From: Eledone cirrhosa
Lineage: Eukaryota
Reading direction: 5' to 3'
Length of the DNA: 64,000 nucleotides
Assembly: GCA_964016885.1 (NCBI GenBank)
Contig: OZ024759.1
Coordinates: 14,074,001 to 14,138,000, forward strand
Shown here piece by piece: positions 47,224 through 63,600 of the stretch. Position numbers and translations under genes: made by a program. How positions within the stretch are numbered: the stretch's first letter is position 1; every line of letters starts with the position of its first letter. The notes beneath the pieces were generated by a model. It saw only the letters and a list, made by a program, of their open reading frames with translations. It ran no database searches and was not told where the DNA came from.

Positions 47224-50200
47224 TCAATTGATTATATACCAGGCTTGTTGTAGTGTGTAAAGTGTTGTCGTAATTGTAAGGTTTAAAATTCTATAGTAGA
47301 ATTGTGTAAATTATACACACCAATAGATAAAGTAATATATAAACTTCCTCAAAATTAGCTAAAACTATATAAACATCTTTATAAGTATAAAGAAAGTCCT
47401 CAAGCGTAGAAATGCTATAAAGATAGCTTATAATATAGGGTGAAGACCCTTAAAGGACGTAAAATGAAGTTATCAACGGCCGCTATGAGGAATTGAACGT
47501 CATATCTTCCAGATATCTTCTGTATCAGAGATATGTGGTTCAATTCTATATAGCGGTGATTGGCAACTTCTTTTTCCGTCTTTTAAGGGTCTTATACCCT
47601 ATTTTATAAGTTATCTTTATAGTATTTCTGTGCTAGATCACCTTCATTACACTTATATATGTATAAATACATATATCCTCAGAATATCAAAAGCCGAAAT
47701 TTCGGCTTCGTTCGTTGTTTATAAAATAACTACTTTAATTTACGCTAAATTTTTCCTGTAAAGATAAAATGCCGGTGTACCTAGCTTGGTACCAGACGGA
47801 CGGGACAGCTAGTATATATATAAATACTACAAAGAGAGAAACCCGAATAGGCGTCAAAAGTATGGACGGAAAGGTAGTTGACTGACACGTTAGAAATAGC
47901 AGCTAATGACAATGAATCCAATGAAATAACTACGTAACAAATAAACTAAATAGAATTGACATGAAGCAAAGGCAATAAATTGTTTTTAAAATGAATTATT
48001 TAAAAAATCACATTTTTGTATTCATAGATATATATTTATATATATACACACAGAAACACATACATATACACACAAGTATATATACATTTAAATACAATAT
48101 ATTGACAGTGGAATTTTATAGACGGTTAATGTGGAAAGCTGCCGTATATATATATATATATATCACCATAACCGCTTAACGCCCACCTCTGCCAGCAAAG
48201 GTTGGACTGATCTACATAGACCAAGTCAGTAGTAAAGTGGGGCTACTGATCTCCTAGATAGACCAAGGGTTCTGCATCTTTCTTATGTAGTCTTACGTTC
48301 TATAGGGTGCACAGGAGAGGTTGTCATGTTTTCACACAAATGAAGGGTCATCCCAACCCTTTCTTTAGCAAGTTTTCTACGTCTTGATGCCCTTCCTAAC
48401 ACCAACCACTATACAGGGTGTACAGAGTGTGTTTATCGTGTAGGTCACCTACACTAGGGAGGCTATATTGTCCCTGACACGACTGCAGAACCCTACCAAC
48501 CGTTTCTTTGGAAAGATTTCTAAGGCTGGTTGTCTTTCCAATCACCAACCATTTTACAGTGTGTACTGTGTGTGTATATTGTTCCAGATTCTGAGACAGT
48601 GTGCTAGAGAAAGTCATGATGTGGTTTAGAAAAAGTGTAACTGAAATGATATTTGAACACTTGCCCCGTCTCATGCTCAAAAGAGGCATGGAAGACTCAG
48701 TATAAGAAGCTGCTGACTGAAGAAAATAAATGGGACAGTGAGGGCCTACTCGATGTAAACCCAACTGAGAAGATGGTCAGCATTGTAATAGATAAAGCAA
48801 TTAATGACATGAAGGTAGTGGAGGCAGCTGGACCATCCTGTATAGTTACTGAGAGGCTAAAATCATCTGGCATGGTATGATATGAGTTAGTCACACGTAT
48901 AGTTAATCAAGTAGTACGGGATGGTGTCATATGCAATGATTGGACCAGCTATATCATTGTAAATTGCTACAAGGGCTAATAATACACATTAGAAAGAAGC
49001 AACTTCATAGATATAAAGTTGATGGACCAAGTTAAGAAAGTTACTGAAAGGGTTATAGCACAATAATTGGGAACAGAATCAAGTTAGATATGATGCAATT
49101 TGGATTTATGATAGTTAGGGGTGATGCCAATGCCCTCTTTTAGTTAAGATAACAACAAACGGGCTGGAGATGGCCTTTGATAGGGTTCCACACTCTACAA
49201 TCTGTGCAGGCCATGTATAGATGAGCAACGAGTTCAGAGATGAATTTGAAGTGCAAGTGGGGCTCCACAAGTCTTCACTCCTCAGTCCATCCCTGTTTAT
49301 CATTGTCCTTCAGGTTATCACTGAGGACATTAAAACTGGTACTCCATGGGAGCTCCTACATGCAGATGACCTAATCCTCAGCTGAATCTATAGGAGAGTT
49401 AGAGGCAAAATTTCAAGCAGGGAAGAAGAAGCCAATGTTGGATGGTCTAAAACAGTAAACTTAGCAAATACTTAATAAGTAGGATAGAGAACAGGAGGAT
49501 GATAACATCAGGGAAGAGGCCTTGTTTGATATGTGAGAAAATATATAACTTCCATACAGTGTAATTTTAAAACATACAAGAGGTCTGATATTGCAGGTGG
49601 GCTAACAGAAAATATAGACTTTGTATGTGGCAGATATGTAGGAGAAGTAATCACTAAGAGCACACATGAAATAGGTTCCTTCAGTTTATAGGGAAATTCC
49701 TCAGAAGTAGTTGACAACTTTTCTTACCTAGACCATCAATTAGCAGTGGGAGAGCCGGTGCCAAAAGTGTAATAGCTAGGATAAGAACAGGCTAAAAGAT
49801 GTTTATAGAGCTGCTACTGCCACTGAATGCAAATGGCTTTTCTCTCAGAGAGAAGAGTAGGCTGTATGATGCCTGTGTGCGAACTACAATACTACATGGT
49901 AGTGAAATATGGATTTTGACTGCAGAAAACATTTGCAAATTTCTACCTTTCTGCCTCTCCTTTTGCTAGTCATACTTGGTACCTTATGTCTCTTTTAGCT
50001 CCCTGGTATTGCTTTCTGTCTCTCCCATTCCTCTATTGTCTTCAGACTTGTCTTTTTCTTTTAATGTCTCTTCCTTTCTTATCCTTCCACCACCACATCA
50101 CCATTTGTCTGTCTCATTTCCTGGTCAGAATGAAGCTTATTTGGCTTGTGTGTCCACCTGATTGGTAACTGACCAGGTAGCTGACTATTTTCTTGAGTGT

Positions 50201-51632
50201 TATGTTGCAGATGGTTAGATCAAGAGAATAAGAGAACTCCAGAAGTCTAGACCCCTCCCCATTTTTTGTACTGTAAGTCTAGCATCTATATACAACATGA
50301 AATCCATCATGTCCATTGATGTCACCAACTTTGACAATGAGATCACTGCCATTTGTTGTTGATGTAGCCAACAAGAGGACCTCATAGAAGTGGTCTTTCT
50401 GCTGGTCTCTATGTCTAACATGTGGAGTATATACAGGTAGTATAGTGGCTGTTGTATTACCCACGACTAGTCTATGTTTAATTCTTCTATCACATATCCT
50501 GACTACCTCAATTACCTGGTCTACACATTTTCCAGCTAGTATACTTATCCCACCCAATCATTATTGCTACACACCCAGAATAATTTGTACTGGTGTCCCT
50601 TGCCTATAACGAATCTGGTTGAAGTGGCCCAACACCTAACTTCTTCCATACAGCACACATCTACTCGTCTCCACCATCTCACCACTCTTGTCTTTCATTC
50701 TTCCGGCATTTATAGTATAAAATATGAGATTCCTCACTTCATGGAACGAGGAGTTATGGGGAGGGGGTCATGACTGTCATTTTCTTTTCCTGGACTTTAG
50801 GGGCCGCACGACCGTAATAAATTCGGTGAAGAAAATACGTACTAGCTAGACTACGTAACTTGTGGGACGAGTTATGGTATATAGATATTTATTACACCAA
50901 GTATGAGAAAATAGCGTAATATCTCTCTCTCTTTCTGCATAGTTATAGACATATATATAGAAATGCAATCGATAAGATAAGCACGGCAAATATATTCTGT
51001 GGTCAATATGATGAACGAAACCAAGGCTGTGCTCCAGCATGGCCGCAATCAAACAACTGAAACCAGTAAAATATAAAAACATACAGACATGCACACACGC
51101 AATTTAGCTGAACGAGAAAAATTATAGTCAAGGGGAGATAATCAAAAAGAGAGATAGATAGATACAGAAATAGAGAGAGGGAGAAAGAGAGTAAAAGAAA
51201 AGAGAGAGAGAGACGTACGTAAACAATGAAATAACGAGGATTAAATTACATTAAATTATTTCATTGATTTACCAACGTTATATATATACACAAATAATAT
51301 ATATTGTATATAATAAAACACATATTATGAATATATCAATCCATATATTTATATATATACATTTGTGTGTACAAATATAGAGACTTAGGTTAGGGATGGA
51401 GCTTTAGTTTCTCAATATGGAGATAAAAAGTATCGTAGAATTGATGTTTTATGGAGTTATTTACAATGTTTTGTTACTGAAAGATGTCAGGAAAATATTT
51501 AAATATCTCTCTAGAGTTGTAGGGGTTTTACTTGCTTGTAATTGCACATTAATTCTAGGTGAGAAAAAAATATATCTTCAACAAGTAGTAATAACGGGTG
51601 ACGATGAAATTGAATTATACACACACATATAT

Positions 51633-51682
<50 letters not shown>

Positions 51683-52605
51683 CCTCAATTGATTATGTAC
51701 CAGGCTTGTTGTAGTGTGTAAAGTGTTGTCGTAATTGTAAGGTTTAAAATTCTATAGTAGAATTGTGTAAATTATACACACCAATACATAAAGTAATATA
51801 TAAACTTCCTCAAAACTAGCTAAAACTATATAAACATCTTTATAAGTATAAAGAAAGTCCTCAAGCGTAGAAATGCTATAAAGATAGCTTATAATATAGG
51901 GTGAAGACCCTTAAAGGACGTAAAATGAAGTTATCAACGGCCGCTATGAGGAATTGAACGTCATATCTTCCAGATATCTTCTGTATCAGAGATATGTGGT
52001 TCAATTCTATATAGCGGTGATTGGCAACTTCTTTTTCCGTCTTTTAAGGGTCTTATACCCTATTTTATAAGTTATCTTTATAGTATTTCTGTGCTAGATC
52101 ACCTTCATTACACTTATATATGTATAAATACATATATCCTCAGAATATCAAAAGCCGAAATTTCGGTTTCGTTCGTTGTTTATAAAATAACTACTTTAAT
52201 TTACGCTAAATTTTTCCTGTAAAGATAAAATGCCGGTGTACCTAGCCTGGTACCAGACGGACGGGACAGCTAGTATATATATAAATACCACAAAGAGAGA
52301 AACCCGAATAGGCGTCAAAAGTATGGACGGAAAGGTAGTTGACTGACACGTTAGAAATAGCAGCTAATGACAATAAATCCAATGAAATAACTACGTAACA
52401 AATAAACTAAATAGAATTGAAATGAAGCAAAGGCAATAAATTGTTTTTAAAATAAATTATTTAAAAAATCACATTTCTGTATTCATAGATATATATTTAT
52501 ATATATACACACAGAAACACATACATATACACACACGTATATATACATTTAAATACAATATATTGACAGTGGAATTTTATAGACGGTTAATGTGGAAAGC
52601 TGCCG

Positions 52606-52636
<31 letters not shown>

Positions 52637-55600
52637 TCATAACCATCACCGTTTAAGGCCCACTTTCTCTGCTAGCAAAGGTTGGACTGATCTACATAGA
52701 CCAAGTCAGTAGTAAAGTGGGGCTACTGATCTCCTTCATAGACCAAGGGTTCTGCATCTTTCTTATGTAGTCTTACGTTCTATATAGGGTACACAGGAGA
52801 GGTTGTCATGTTTTCACATAAATGAAGGGTCTTTTCTACAGCAAGTTTTCTACGGCTTGATGCCCTTCCTAACACCAACCATTATACAGGGTGTACAGAG
52901 TGTGTTTATCGTGTAGGTCACATACACTAGGGAGGCTATATTGTCCCTGACACGACTGCAGAACCCTAACAACCGTTTCTTTGGAAATATTTCTAAGGCT
53001 GGATGTTTTTCCAATCACCAACCATTTTACAGTGTGTACTGTGTGTGTATATTGTTCCAGATTCTGAGACAGTGTGCTAGAGAAAATCATGATGTGGTTT
53101 AGAAAAAGTGTAACTGAAATGATATTTGAACACTTGCCCCGTCTCATGCTCAAAAGAGGCATGAAAGACTCAGTATAAGAAGCTGCTGACTGAAGAAAAT
53201 AAATGGGACAGTGAGGGCCTACTCCATGTAAACCCAACTGAGAAGATGGTCAGCATTGTAATAGATAAAGCAATTAATGACATGAAGGTAGTGGAGGCAG
53301 CTGGACCATCCTGTATAGTTACTGAGAGGCTAAAATCATCTGGCATGGTATGATATGAGTTAGTCACATGTATAGTTAATCAAGTAGTACGGGATGGTGT
53401 CATATGCAATGATTGGACCAGCTAAATTGCTACAAGGGCTAATAAAACACATTAGAAAGAAGCAACTTCATAGATATAAAGTTGATGGACCAAGTCAAGA
53501 AAGTTACTGAAAGGGTTATAGCACAATAATTGGGAACAGAATCAAGTTAGATATGATGCAATTTGGATTTATGATAGTTAGGGGTGATGCCAATGCCCTC
53601 TTTTAGTTAAGATAACAACAAACGGGCTGGAGATGGCCTTTGATAGGGTTCCACACCCTACAATCTGTGCAGGCCATGTATAGATGAACAACGAGTTCAG
53701 AGATGAATTTGAAGTGCAGGTGGGGCTCCACAAGTCTTCACTCCTCAGTCCATCCCTGTTTATCATTGTCCTTCAGGTTATCACTGAGGACATTAAAACT
53801 GGTACTCCATGGGAGCTCCTACATGCAGATGACCTAATCCTCAGCTGAATCTATAGGAGAGTTAGAGGCAAAATTTCAAGCAGGGAAGAAGAAGCCAATG
53901 TTGGATGGTCTAAAACAGTAAACTTAGCAAATACTTAATAAGTAGGATAGAGAACAGGAGGATGATAACATCAGGGAAGAGGCCTTGTTTGATATGTGAG
54001 AAAATATATAACTTCCATACAGTGTAATTTTAAAACATACAAGAGGTCTGATATTGCAAGTGGGCTAACAGAAAATATAGACTTTGTATGTGGCAGATAT
54101 GTAGGAGAAGTAATCACTAAGAGCACACATGAAATAGGTTCCTTCAGTTTATAGGGAAATTCCTCAGAAGTAGTTGACAACTTTTCTTACCTAGACCATC
54201 AATTAGCAGTGGGAGAGCCGGTGCCAAAAGTGTAATAGCTAGGATAAGAACAGGCTAAAAGATGTTTATAGAGCTGCTACTGCCACTGAATGCAAATGGC
54301 TTTTCTCTCAGAGAGAAGAGTAGGCTGTATGATGCCTGTGTGCGAACTACAATACTACATGGTAGTGAAATATGGATTTTGACTGCAGAAAACATTTGCA
54401 AATTTCTACCTTTCTGCCTCTCCTTTTGCTAGTCATACTTGGTACCTTATGTCTCTTTTAGCTCCCTGGTATTGCTTTCTGTCTCTCCCATTCCTCTATT
54501 GTCTTCAGACTTGTCTTTTTCTTTTAATGTCTCTTCCTTTCTTATCCTTCCACCACCACATCACCATTTGTCTGTCTCATTTCCTGGTCAGAATGAAGCT
54601 TATTTGGCTTGTGTGTCCACCTGATTGGTAACTGACCAGGTAGCTGACTATTTTCTTGAGTGTTATGTTGCAGATGGTTAGATCAAGAGAATAAGAGAAC
54701 TCCAGAAGTCTAGACCCCTCCCCATTTTTTGTACTGTAAGTCTAGCATCTATATACAACATGAAATCCATCATGTCCATTGATGTCACCAACTTTGACAA
54801 TGAGATCACTGCCATTTGTTGTTGATGTAGCCAACAAGAGGACCTCATAGAAGTGGTCTTTCTGCTGGTCTCTATGTCTAACATGTGGAGTATATACAGG
54901 TAGTATAGTGGCTGTTGTATTACCCACGACTAGTCTATGTTTAATTCTTCTATCACATATCCTGACTACCTCAATTACCTGGTCTACACATTTTCCAGCT
55001 AGTATACTTATCCCACCCAATCATTATTGCTACACACCCAGAATAATTTGTACTGGTGTCCCTTGCCTATAACGAATCTGGTTGAAGTGGCCCAACACCT
55101 AACTTCTTCCATACAGCACACATCTACTCGTCTCCACCATCTCACCACTCTTGTCTTTCATTCTTCCGGCATTTATAGTATAAAATATGAGATTCCTCAC
55201 TTCATGGAACGAGGAGTTATGGGGAGGGGGTCATGACTGTCATTTTCTTTTCCTGGACTTTAGGGGCCGCACGACCGTAATAAATTCGGTGAAGAAAATA
55301 CGTACTAGCTAGACTACGTAACTTGTGGGACGAGTTATGGTATATAGATATTTATTACACCAAGTATGAGAAAATAGCGTAATATCTCTCTCTCTTTCTG
55401 CATAGTTATAGACATATATATAGAAATGCAATCGATAAGATAAGCACGGCAAATATATTCTGTGGTCAATATGATGAACGAAACCAAGGCTGTGCTCCAG
55501 CATGGCCGCAATCAAACAACTGAAACCAGTAAAATATAAAAACATACAGACATGCACACACGCAATTTAGCTGAACGAGAAAAATTATAGTCAAGGGGAG

Positions 55601-56081
55601 ATAATCAAAAAGAGAGATAGATAGATACAGAAATAGAGAGAGGGAGAAAGAGCGTAAAAGAAAAGAGAGAGAGAGACATACGTAAACAATGAAATAACGA
55701 GGATTAAATTACATTAAATTATTTCATTGATTTACCAACGATATATATATATACACAAATAATATATATTGTATATAATAAAACACATATTATGAATATA
55801 TCAATCCATATATTTATATATATACATTTGTGTGTACAAATATAGAGACTTAGGTTAGGGATGGAGCTTCAGTTTCTCAATATGGAGATAAAAAGTATCG
55901 TAGAATTGATGTTTTATGGAGTTATTTACAGTGTTTTGTTACTGAAAGATGTCAGGAAAATATTTAAATATCTCTCTAGAGTTGTAGGGGTTTTACTTGC
56001 TTGTAATTCCACATTAATTCTAGGGGAGAAAAATATATCTTCAACAAGTAGTAATAACGGGTGACGATGAAATTGAATTAT

Positions 56082-56137
<56 letters not shown>

Positions 56138-59100
56138 TCAATTGATTATATACCAGGCTTGTTGTAGTGTGTAAAGTGTTGTCGTAATTGTAAGGTTTAA
56201 AATTCTATAGTAGAATTGTGTAAATTATACACACCAATAGATAAGGTAATATATAAACTTCCTCAAAACTAGCTAAAACTATATAAACATCTTTATAAGT
56301 ATAAAGGTAGTCCTCAAGCGTAGAAATGCTATAAAGATAGCTTATAATATAGGGTGAAGACCCTTAAAGGACGTAAAATGAAGTTATCAACGACCGCTAT
56401 GAGGAATTGAACGTCATATCTTCCAGATATCTTCTGTATCAGAGATATGTGGTTCAATTCTATATAGCGGTCGTTGGCAACTTCTTTTTCCGTCTTTTAA
56501 GGGTCTACACCCTATCTTATAAGTTATCTTTATAGTATTTCTGTGCTAGATCACCTTCATTACACTTATATATGTATAAATACATATATCCTCAGAATAT
56601 CAAAAGCCGAAGTTTCGGTTTCGTTCGTTGTTTATAAAATAACTACTTTAATTTACGCTAAATTTTTCCTGTAAAGATAAAATGCCGGTGTACCTAGCCT
56701 GGTACCAGACGGACGGGACAGCTAGTATATATATAAATACCACAAAGAGAGAAACCCGAATAGGCGTCAAAAGTATGGACCGAAAGGTAGTTGACTGACA
56801 CGTTAGAAATAGCAGCTAATGACAATAAATCCAATGAAATAACTACGTAACAAATAAACTAAATAGAATTGAAATGAAGCAAAGGCAATAAATTGTTTTT
56901 AAAATGAATTATTTAAAAAATCAAATTTCTGTATTCATAGATATATATTTATATATATATACACAGAAACACATACATATACACACAAGTATATATACAT
57001 TTAAATACAATATATTGACAGTGGAATTTTATAGACGGTTAATGTGGAAAGCTGCCGTATATATATATATATATATATATCATCATAACCATCACTGTTT
57101 AACGCCCACCTTCTCTGCCAGCAAAGGTTGGACTGATCTACATAGACCAAGTCAGTAGTAAAGTGGGGCCACTGATCTCCTAGATAGACCAAGGGTTCTA
57201 CATCTTTCTTATGTAGTCTTACGTTCTATAGGGTGCACAGGAGAGGTTGTCATGTTTTCACACAAATGAAGGGTCATCCCAACCCTTTCTTTAGCAAGTT
57301 TTCTACGGCTTGATGACCTTCCTAACACCAACCACTATACAGGGTGTACAGAGTGTGTTTATCGTGTAGGTCACCTACACTAGGGAGGCTATATTGTCCC
57401 TGACACGACTGCAGAACCCTACCAACCGTTTCTTTGGAAAGATTTCTAAGGCTGGATGTCTTTCCAATCACCAACCATTTTACAGTGTGTACTGTGTGTG
57501 TATATTGTTCCAGATTCTGAGACACTTTGGTAGAGAAAGTCATGATGTGGTTTAGAAAAAGTGTAACTGAAATGATATTTGAACACTTGCCCCGTCTCAT
57601 GCTCAAAAGAGGCATGGAAGACTCAGTATAAGAAGCTGCTGACTGAAGAAAATAAATGGGACAGTGAGGGCCTACTCCATGTAAACCCAACTGAGAAGAT
57701 TGTCAGCATTGTAATAGATAAAGCAATTAATGACATGAAGGTAGTGGAGGCAGCTGGACCATCCTGTATAGTTACTGAGAGGCTAAAATCATCTGGCATG
57801 GTATGATATGAGTTAGTCACACGTATAGTTAATCAAGTAGTACGGGATGGTGTCATATGCAATGATTGGACCAGCTATGTCATTGTAAATTGCTACAAGG
57901 GCTAATAAAACACATTAGAAAGAAGCAACTTCATAGATATAAAGTTGATGGACCAAGTCAAGAAAGTTACTGAAAGGGTTATAGCACAATAATTGGGAAC
58001 AGAATCAAGTTAGATATGATGCAATTTGGATTTATGATAGTTAGGGGTGATGCCAATGCCCTCTTTTAGTTAAGATAACAACAAACGGGCTGGAGATGGC
58101 CTTTGATAGGGTTCCACACCCTACAATCTGTGCAGGCCATGTATAGATGAGCAATGAGTTCAGAGATGAATTTGAAGTGCAGGTGGGGCTCCACAAGTCT
58201 TCACTCCTCAGTCCATCCCTGTTTATCATTGTCCTTCAGGTTATCACTGAGGACATTAAAACTGGTACTCCATGGGAGCTCCTACATGCAGATGACCTAA
58301 TCCTCAGCTGAATCTATAGGAGAGTTAGAGGCAAAATTTCAAGCAGGGAAGAAGAAGCCAATGTTGGATGGTCTAAAACAGTAAACTTAGCAAATACTTA
58401 ATAAGTAGGATAGAGAAAGGAGGATGATAACATCAGGGAAGAGGCCTTGTTTGATATGTGAGAAAATATATAACTTCCATACAGTGTAATTTTAAAACAT
58501 ACAAGAGGTCTGATATTGCAGGTGGGCTAACAGAAAATATAGACTTTGTATGTGGCAGATATGTAGGAGAAGTAATCACTAAGAGCACACATGAAATAGG
58601 TTCCTTCAGTTTATAGGGAAATTCCTCAGAAGTAGTTGACAACTTTTCTTACCTAGACCATCAATTAGCAGTGGGAGAGCCGGTGCCAAAAGTGTAATAG
58701 CTAGGATAAGAACAGGCTAAAAGATGTTTATAGAGCTGCTACTGCCACTGAATGCAAATGGCTTTTCTCTCAGAGAGAAGAGTAGGCTGTATGATGCCTG
58801 TGTGCGAACTACAATACTACATGGTAGTGAAATATGGATTTTGACTGCAGAAAACATTTGCAAATTTCTACCTTTCTGCCTCTCCTTTTGCTAGTCATAC
58901 TTGGTACCTTATGTCTCTTTTAGCTCCCTGGTATTGCTTTCTGTCTCTCCCATTCCTCTATTGTCTTCAGACTTGTCTTTTTCTTTTAATGTCTCTTCCT
59001 TTCTTATCCTTCCACCACCACATCACCATTTGTCTGTCTCATTTCCTGGTCAGAATGAAGCTTATTTGGCTTGTGTGTCCACCTGATTGGTAACTGACCA

Positions 59101-60528
59101 GGTAGCTGACTATTTTCTTGAGTGTTATGTTGCAGATGGTTAGATCAAGAGAATAAGAGAACTCCAGAAGTCTAGACCCCTCCCCATTTTTTGTACTGTA
59201 AGTCTAGCATCTATATACAACATGAAATCCATCATGTCCATTGATGTCACCAACTTTGACAATGAGATCACTGCCATTTGTTGTTGATGTAGCCAACAAG
59301 AGGACCTCATAGAAGTGGTCTTTCTGCTGGTCTCTATGTCTAACATGTGGAGTATATACAGGGTATAGTGGCTGTTGTATTACCCACGACTAGTCTATGT
59401 TTAATTCTTCTATCACATATCCTGACTACCTCAATTACCTGGTCTATACATTTTCCAGCTAGTATACTTATCCCACCCAATCATTATTGCTACACACCCA
59501 GAATAATTTGTACTGGTGTCCCTTGCCTATAACGAATCTGGCTGAAGTGGCCCAACACCTAACCTCTTCCATACGCCACACATCTACTCGTCTCCACCAT
59601 CTCACCACTCTTGTCTTTCATTCTTCCGGCATTTATAGTATAAAATATGAGATTCCTCACTTGATGGAACGAGGAGGTATGGGGAGAAGGTCATGACTGT
59701 CATTCTCTTCTCCTGGACTTTAGGGGCCGCACGACCGTAATAAATTCGGTGAAGAAAATACGTACTAGGTAGACCACGTAACTTGTGGGACGAGTTATGG
59801 TATATAGATATTTATTACACCAAGTATGAAAAAATAGCGTAATATCTCTCTCTTATAGACATATATAGAGAAATGCAATCGATAACATAAGCACGGTAAA
59901 TATATTCTGTGGTCAATATGATGAACGAAACCAAGGCTGTGCTCCAGCATGGCCGCAATCAAACAACTGAAACCAGTAAAATATAAAAACATACAGACAT
60001 GCACACACGCAATTTAGCTGAACGAGAAAAATTATAGTCAAGGGGAGATAATCAAAAAGAGAGATAGATAGATACAGAAATAGAGAGAGGGAGAAAGAGA
60101 GTAAAAGAAAACAGAGAGAGAGACATACGTAAACAATGAAATAACGAGGATTAAATTACATTAAATTATTTCATTGATTTACCAACGTTATATATATACA
60201 CAAATAATATATATTGTATATAATAAAACACATATTATGAATATATCAATCCATATATTTATATATATACATTTGTGTGTACAAATATAGAGACTTAGGT
60301 TAGGGATGGAGCTTTAGTTTCTCAATATGGAGATAAAAAGTATCGTAGAATTGATGTTTTATGGAGTTATTTACAGTGTTTTGTTACTGAAAGATGTCAG
60401 GAAAATATTTAAATATCTCTCTAGAGTTGTAGGGGTTTTACTTGCTTGTAATTCCACATTAATTCTAGGTGAGAAAAAAATATATCTTCAACAAGTAGTA
60501 ATAACGGGTGACGATGAAATTGAATTAT

Positions 60529-60613
<85 letters not shown>

Positions 60614-63600
60614 CCTCAATTGATTATGTACCAGGCTTGTTGTAGTGTGTAAAGTGTTGTCGTAATTGTAAGGTTTAAAATTCTATAGTAGAATTGTGTA
60701 AATTTTACACACCAATACATAAAGTAATATATAAACTTCCTCAAAATTAGCTAAAACTATATAAACATCTTTATAAGTATAAAGAAAGTCCTCAAGCGTA
60801 GAAATGCTATAAAGATAGCTTATAATATAGGGTGAAGACCCTTAAAGGACGTAAAATGAAGTTATCAACGACCGCTATGAGGAATTGAACGTCATATCTT
60901 CCAGATATCTTCTGTATCAGAGATATGTGGTTCAATTCTATATAGCGGTAGTTGGCAACTTCTTTTTCCGTCTTTTAAGGGTCTTATACCCTATTTTATA
61001 AGTTATCTTTATAGTATTTCTGTGCTAGATCACCTTCATTACACTTATATATGTATAAATACATATATCCTCAGAATATCAAAAGCCGAAATTTCGGCTT
61101 CGTTCGTTGTTAATAAAATAACTACTTTAATTTACGCTAAATTTTTCCTGTAAAGATAAAATGCCGGTGTACCTAGCTTGGTACCAGACGGACGGGACAG
61201 CTAGTATATATATAAATACTACAAAGAGAGAAACCCGAATAGGCGTCAAAAGTATGGACGGAAAGGTAGTTGACTGACACGTTAGAAATAGCAGCTAATG
61301 ACAATGAATCCAATGAAATAACTACGTAACAAATAAACTAAATAGAATTGACATGAAGCAAAGGCAATAAATTGTTTTTAAAATGAATTATTTAAAAAAT
61401 CACATTTTTGTATTCATAGATATATATTTATATATATACACACAGAAACACATACATATACACACAAGTATATATACATTTAAATACAATATATTGACAG
61501 TGGAATTTTATAGACGGTTAATGTGGAAAGCTGCCGTATATATATATATATATCACCATAACCGCTTAACGCCCACCTTCTCTGCCAGCAAAGGTTGGAC
61601 TGATCTACATAGACCAAGTCAGTAGTAAAGTGGGGCTACTGATCTCCTAGATAGACCAAGGGTTCTGCATCTTTCTTATGTAGTCTTACGTTCTATAGGT
61701 GCACAGGAGAGGTTGTCATGTTTTCACACAAATGAAGGGTCATCCCAACCCTTTCTTTAGCAAGTTTTCTACGTCTTGATGCCCTTCCTAACACCAACCA
61801 CTATACAGGGTGTACAGAGTGTGTTTATCGTGTAGGTCACCTACACTAGGGAGGCTATATTGTCCCTGACACGACTGCAGAACCCTACCAACCGTTTCTT
61901 TGGAAAGATTTCTAAGGCTGGTTGTCTTTCCAATCACCAACCATTTTACAGTGTGTACTGTGTGTGTATATTGTTCCAGATTCTGAGACAGTGTGCTAGA
62001 GAAAGTCATGATGTGGTTTAGAAAAAGTGTAACTGAAATGATATTTGAACACTTGCCCCGTCTCATGCTCAAAAGAGGCATGGAAGACTCAGTATAAGAA
62101 GCTGCTGACTGAAGAAAATAAATGGGACAGTGAGGGCCTACCACATGTAAACCCAACTGAGAAGATGGTCAGCATTGTAATAGATAAAGCAATTAATGAC
62201 ATGAAGGTAGTGGAGGCAGCTGGACCATCCTGTATAGTTACTGAGAGGCTAAAATCATCTGGCATGGTATGATATGAGTTAGTCACACGTATAGTTAATC
62301 AAGTAGTACGGGATGGTGTCATATGCAATGATTGGACCAGCTATATCATTGTAAATTGCTACAAGGGCTAATAAAACACATTAGAAAGAAGCAACTTCAT
62401 AGATATAAAGTTGATGGACCAAGTCAAGAAAGTTACTGAAAGGGTTATAGCACAATAATTGGGAACAGAATCAAGTTAGATATGATGCAATTTGGATTTA
62501 TGATAGTTAGGGGTGATGCCAATGCCCTCTTTTAGTTAAGATAACAACAAACGGGCTGGAGATGGCCTTTGATAGGGTTCCACACCCTACAATCTGTGCA
62601 GGCCATGTATAGATGAGCAATGAGTTCAGAGATGAATTTGAAGTGCAGGTGGGGCTCCACAAGTCTTCACTCCTCAGTCCATCCCTGTTTATCATTGTCC
62701 TTCAGGTTATTACTGTAGACATTAAAACTGGTACTCCATGGGAGCTCCTACATGCAGATGACCTAATCCTCAGCTGAATCTATAGGAGAGTTAGAGGCAA
62801 AATTTCAAGCAGGGAAGAAGAAGCCAATGTTGGATGGTCTAAAACAGTAAACTTAGCAAATACTTAATAAGTAGGATAGAGAACAGGAGGATGATAACAT
62901 CAGGGAAGAGGCCTTGTTTGATATGTGAGAAAATATATAACTTCCATACAGTGTAATTTTAAAACATACAAGAGGTCTGATATTGCAGGTGGGCTAACAG
63001 AAAATATAGACTTTGTATGTGGCAGATATGTAGGAGAAGTAATCACTAAGAGCACACATGAAATAGGTTCCTTCAGTTTATAGGGAAATTCCTCAGAAGT
63101 AGTTGACAACTTTTCTTACCTAGACCATCAATTAGCAGTGGGAGAGCCGGTGCCAAAAGTGTAATAGCTAGGATAAGAACAGGCTAAAAGATGTTTATAG
63201 AGCTGCTGCTGCCATTGAATGCAAATGGCTTTTCTCTCAGAGAGAAGAGTAGGCTGTATGATGCCTGTGTGCGAACTACAATACTAAATGGTAGTGAAAT
63301 ATGGATTTTGACTGCAGAAAACATTTGCAAATTTCTACCTTTCTGCCTCTCCTTTTGCTAGTCATACTTGGTACCTTATGTCTCTTTTAGCTCCCTGGTA
63401 TTGCTTTCTGTCTCTCCCATTCCTCTATTGTCTTCAGACTTGTCTTTTTCTTTTAATGTCTCTTCCTTTCTTATCCCTCCACCACCAAATCACCATTTGT
63501 CTGTCTCATTTCCTGGTCAGAATGAAGCTTATTTGGCTTGTGTGTCCACCTGATTGGTAACTGACCAGGTAGCTGACTATTTTCTTGAGGGTTATGTTCC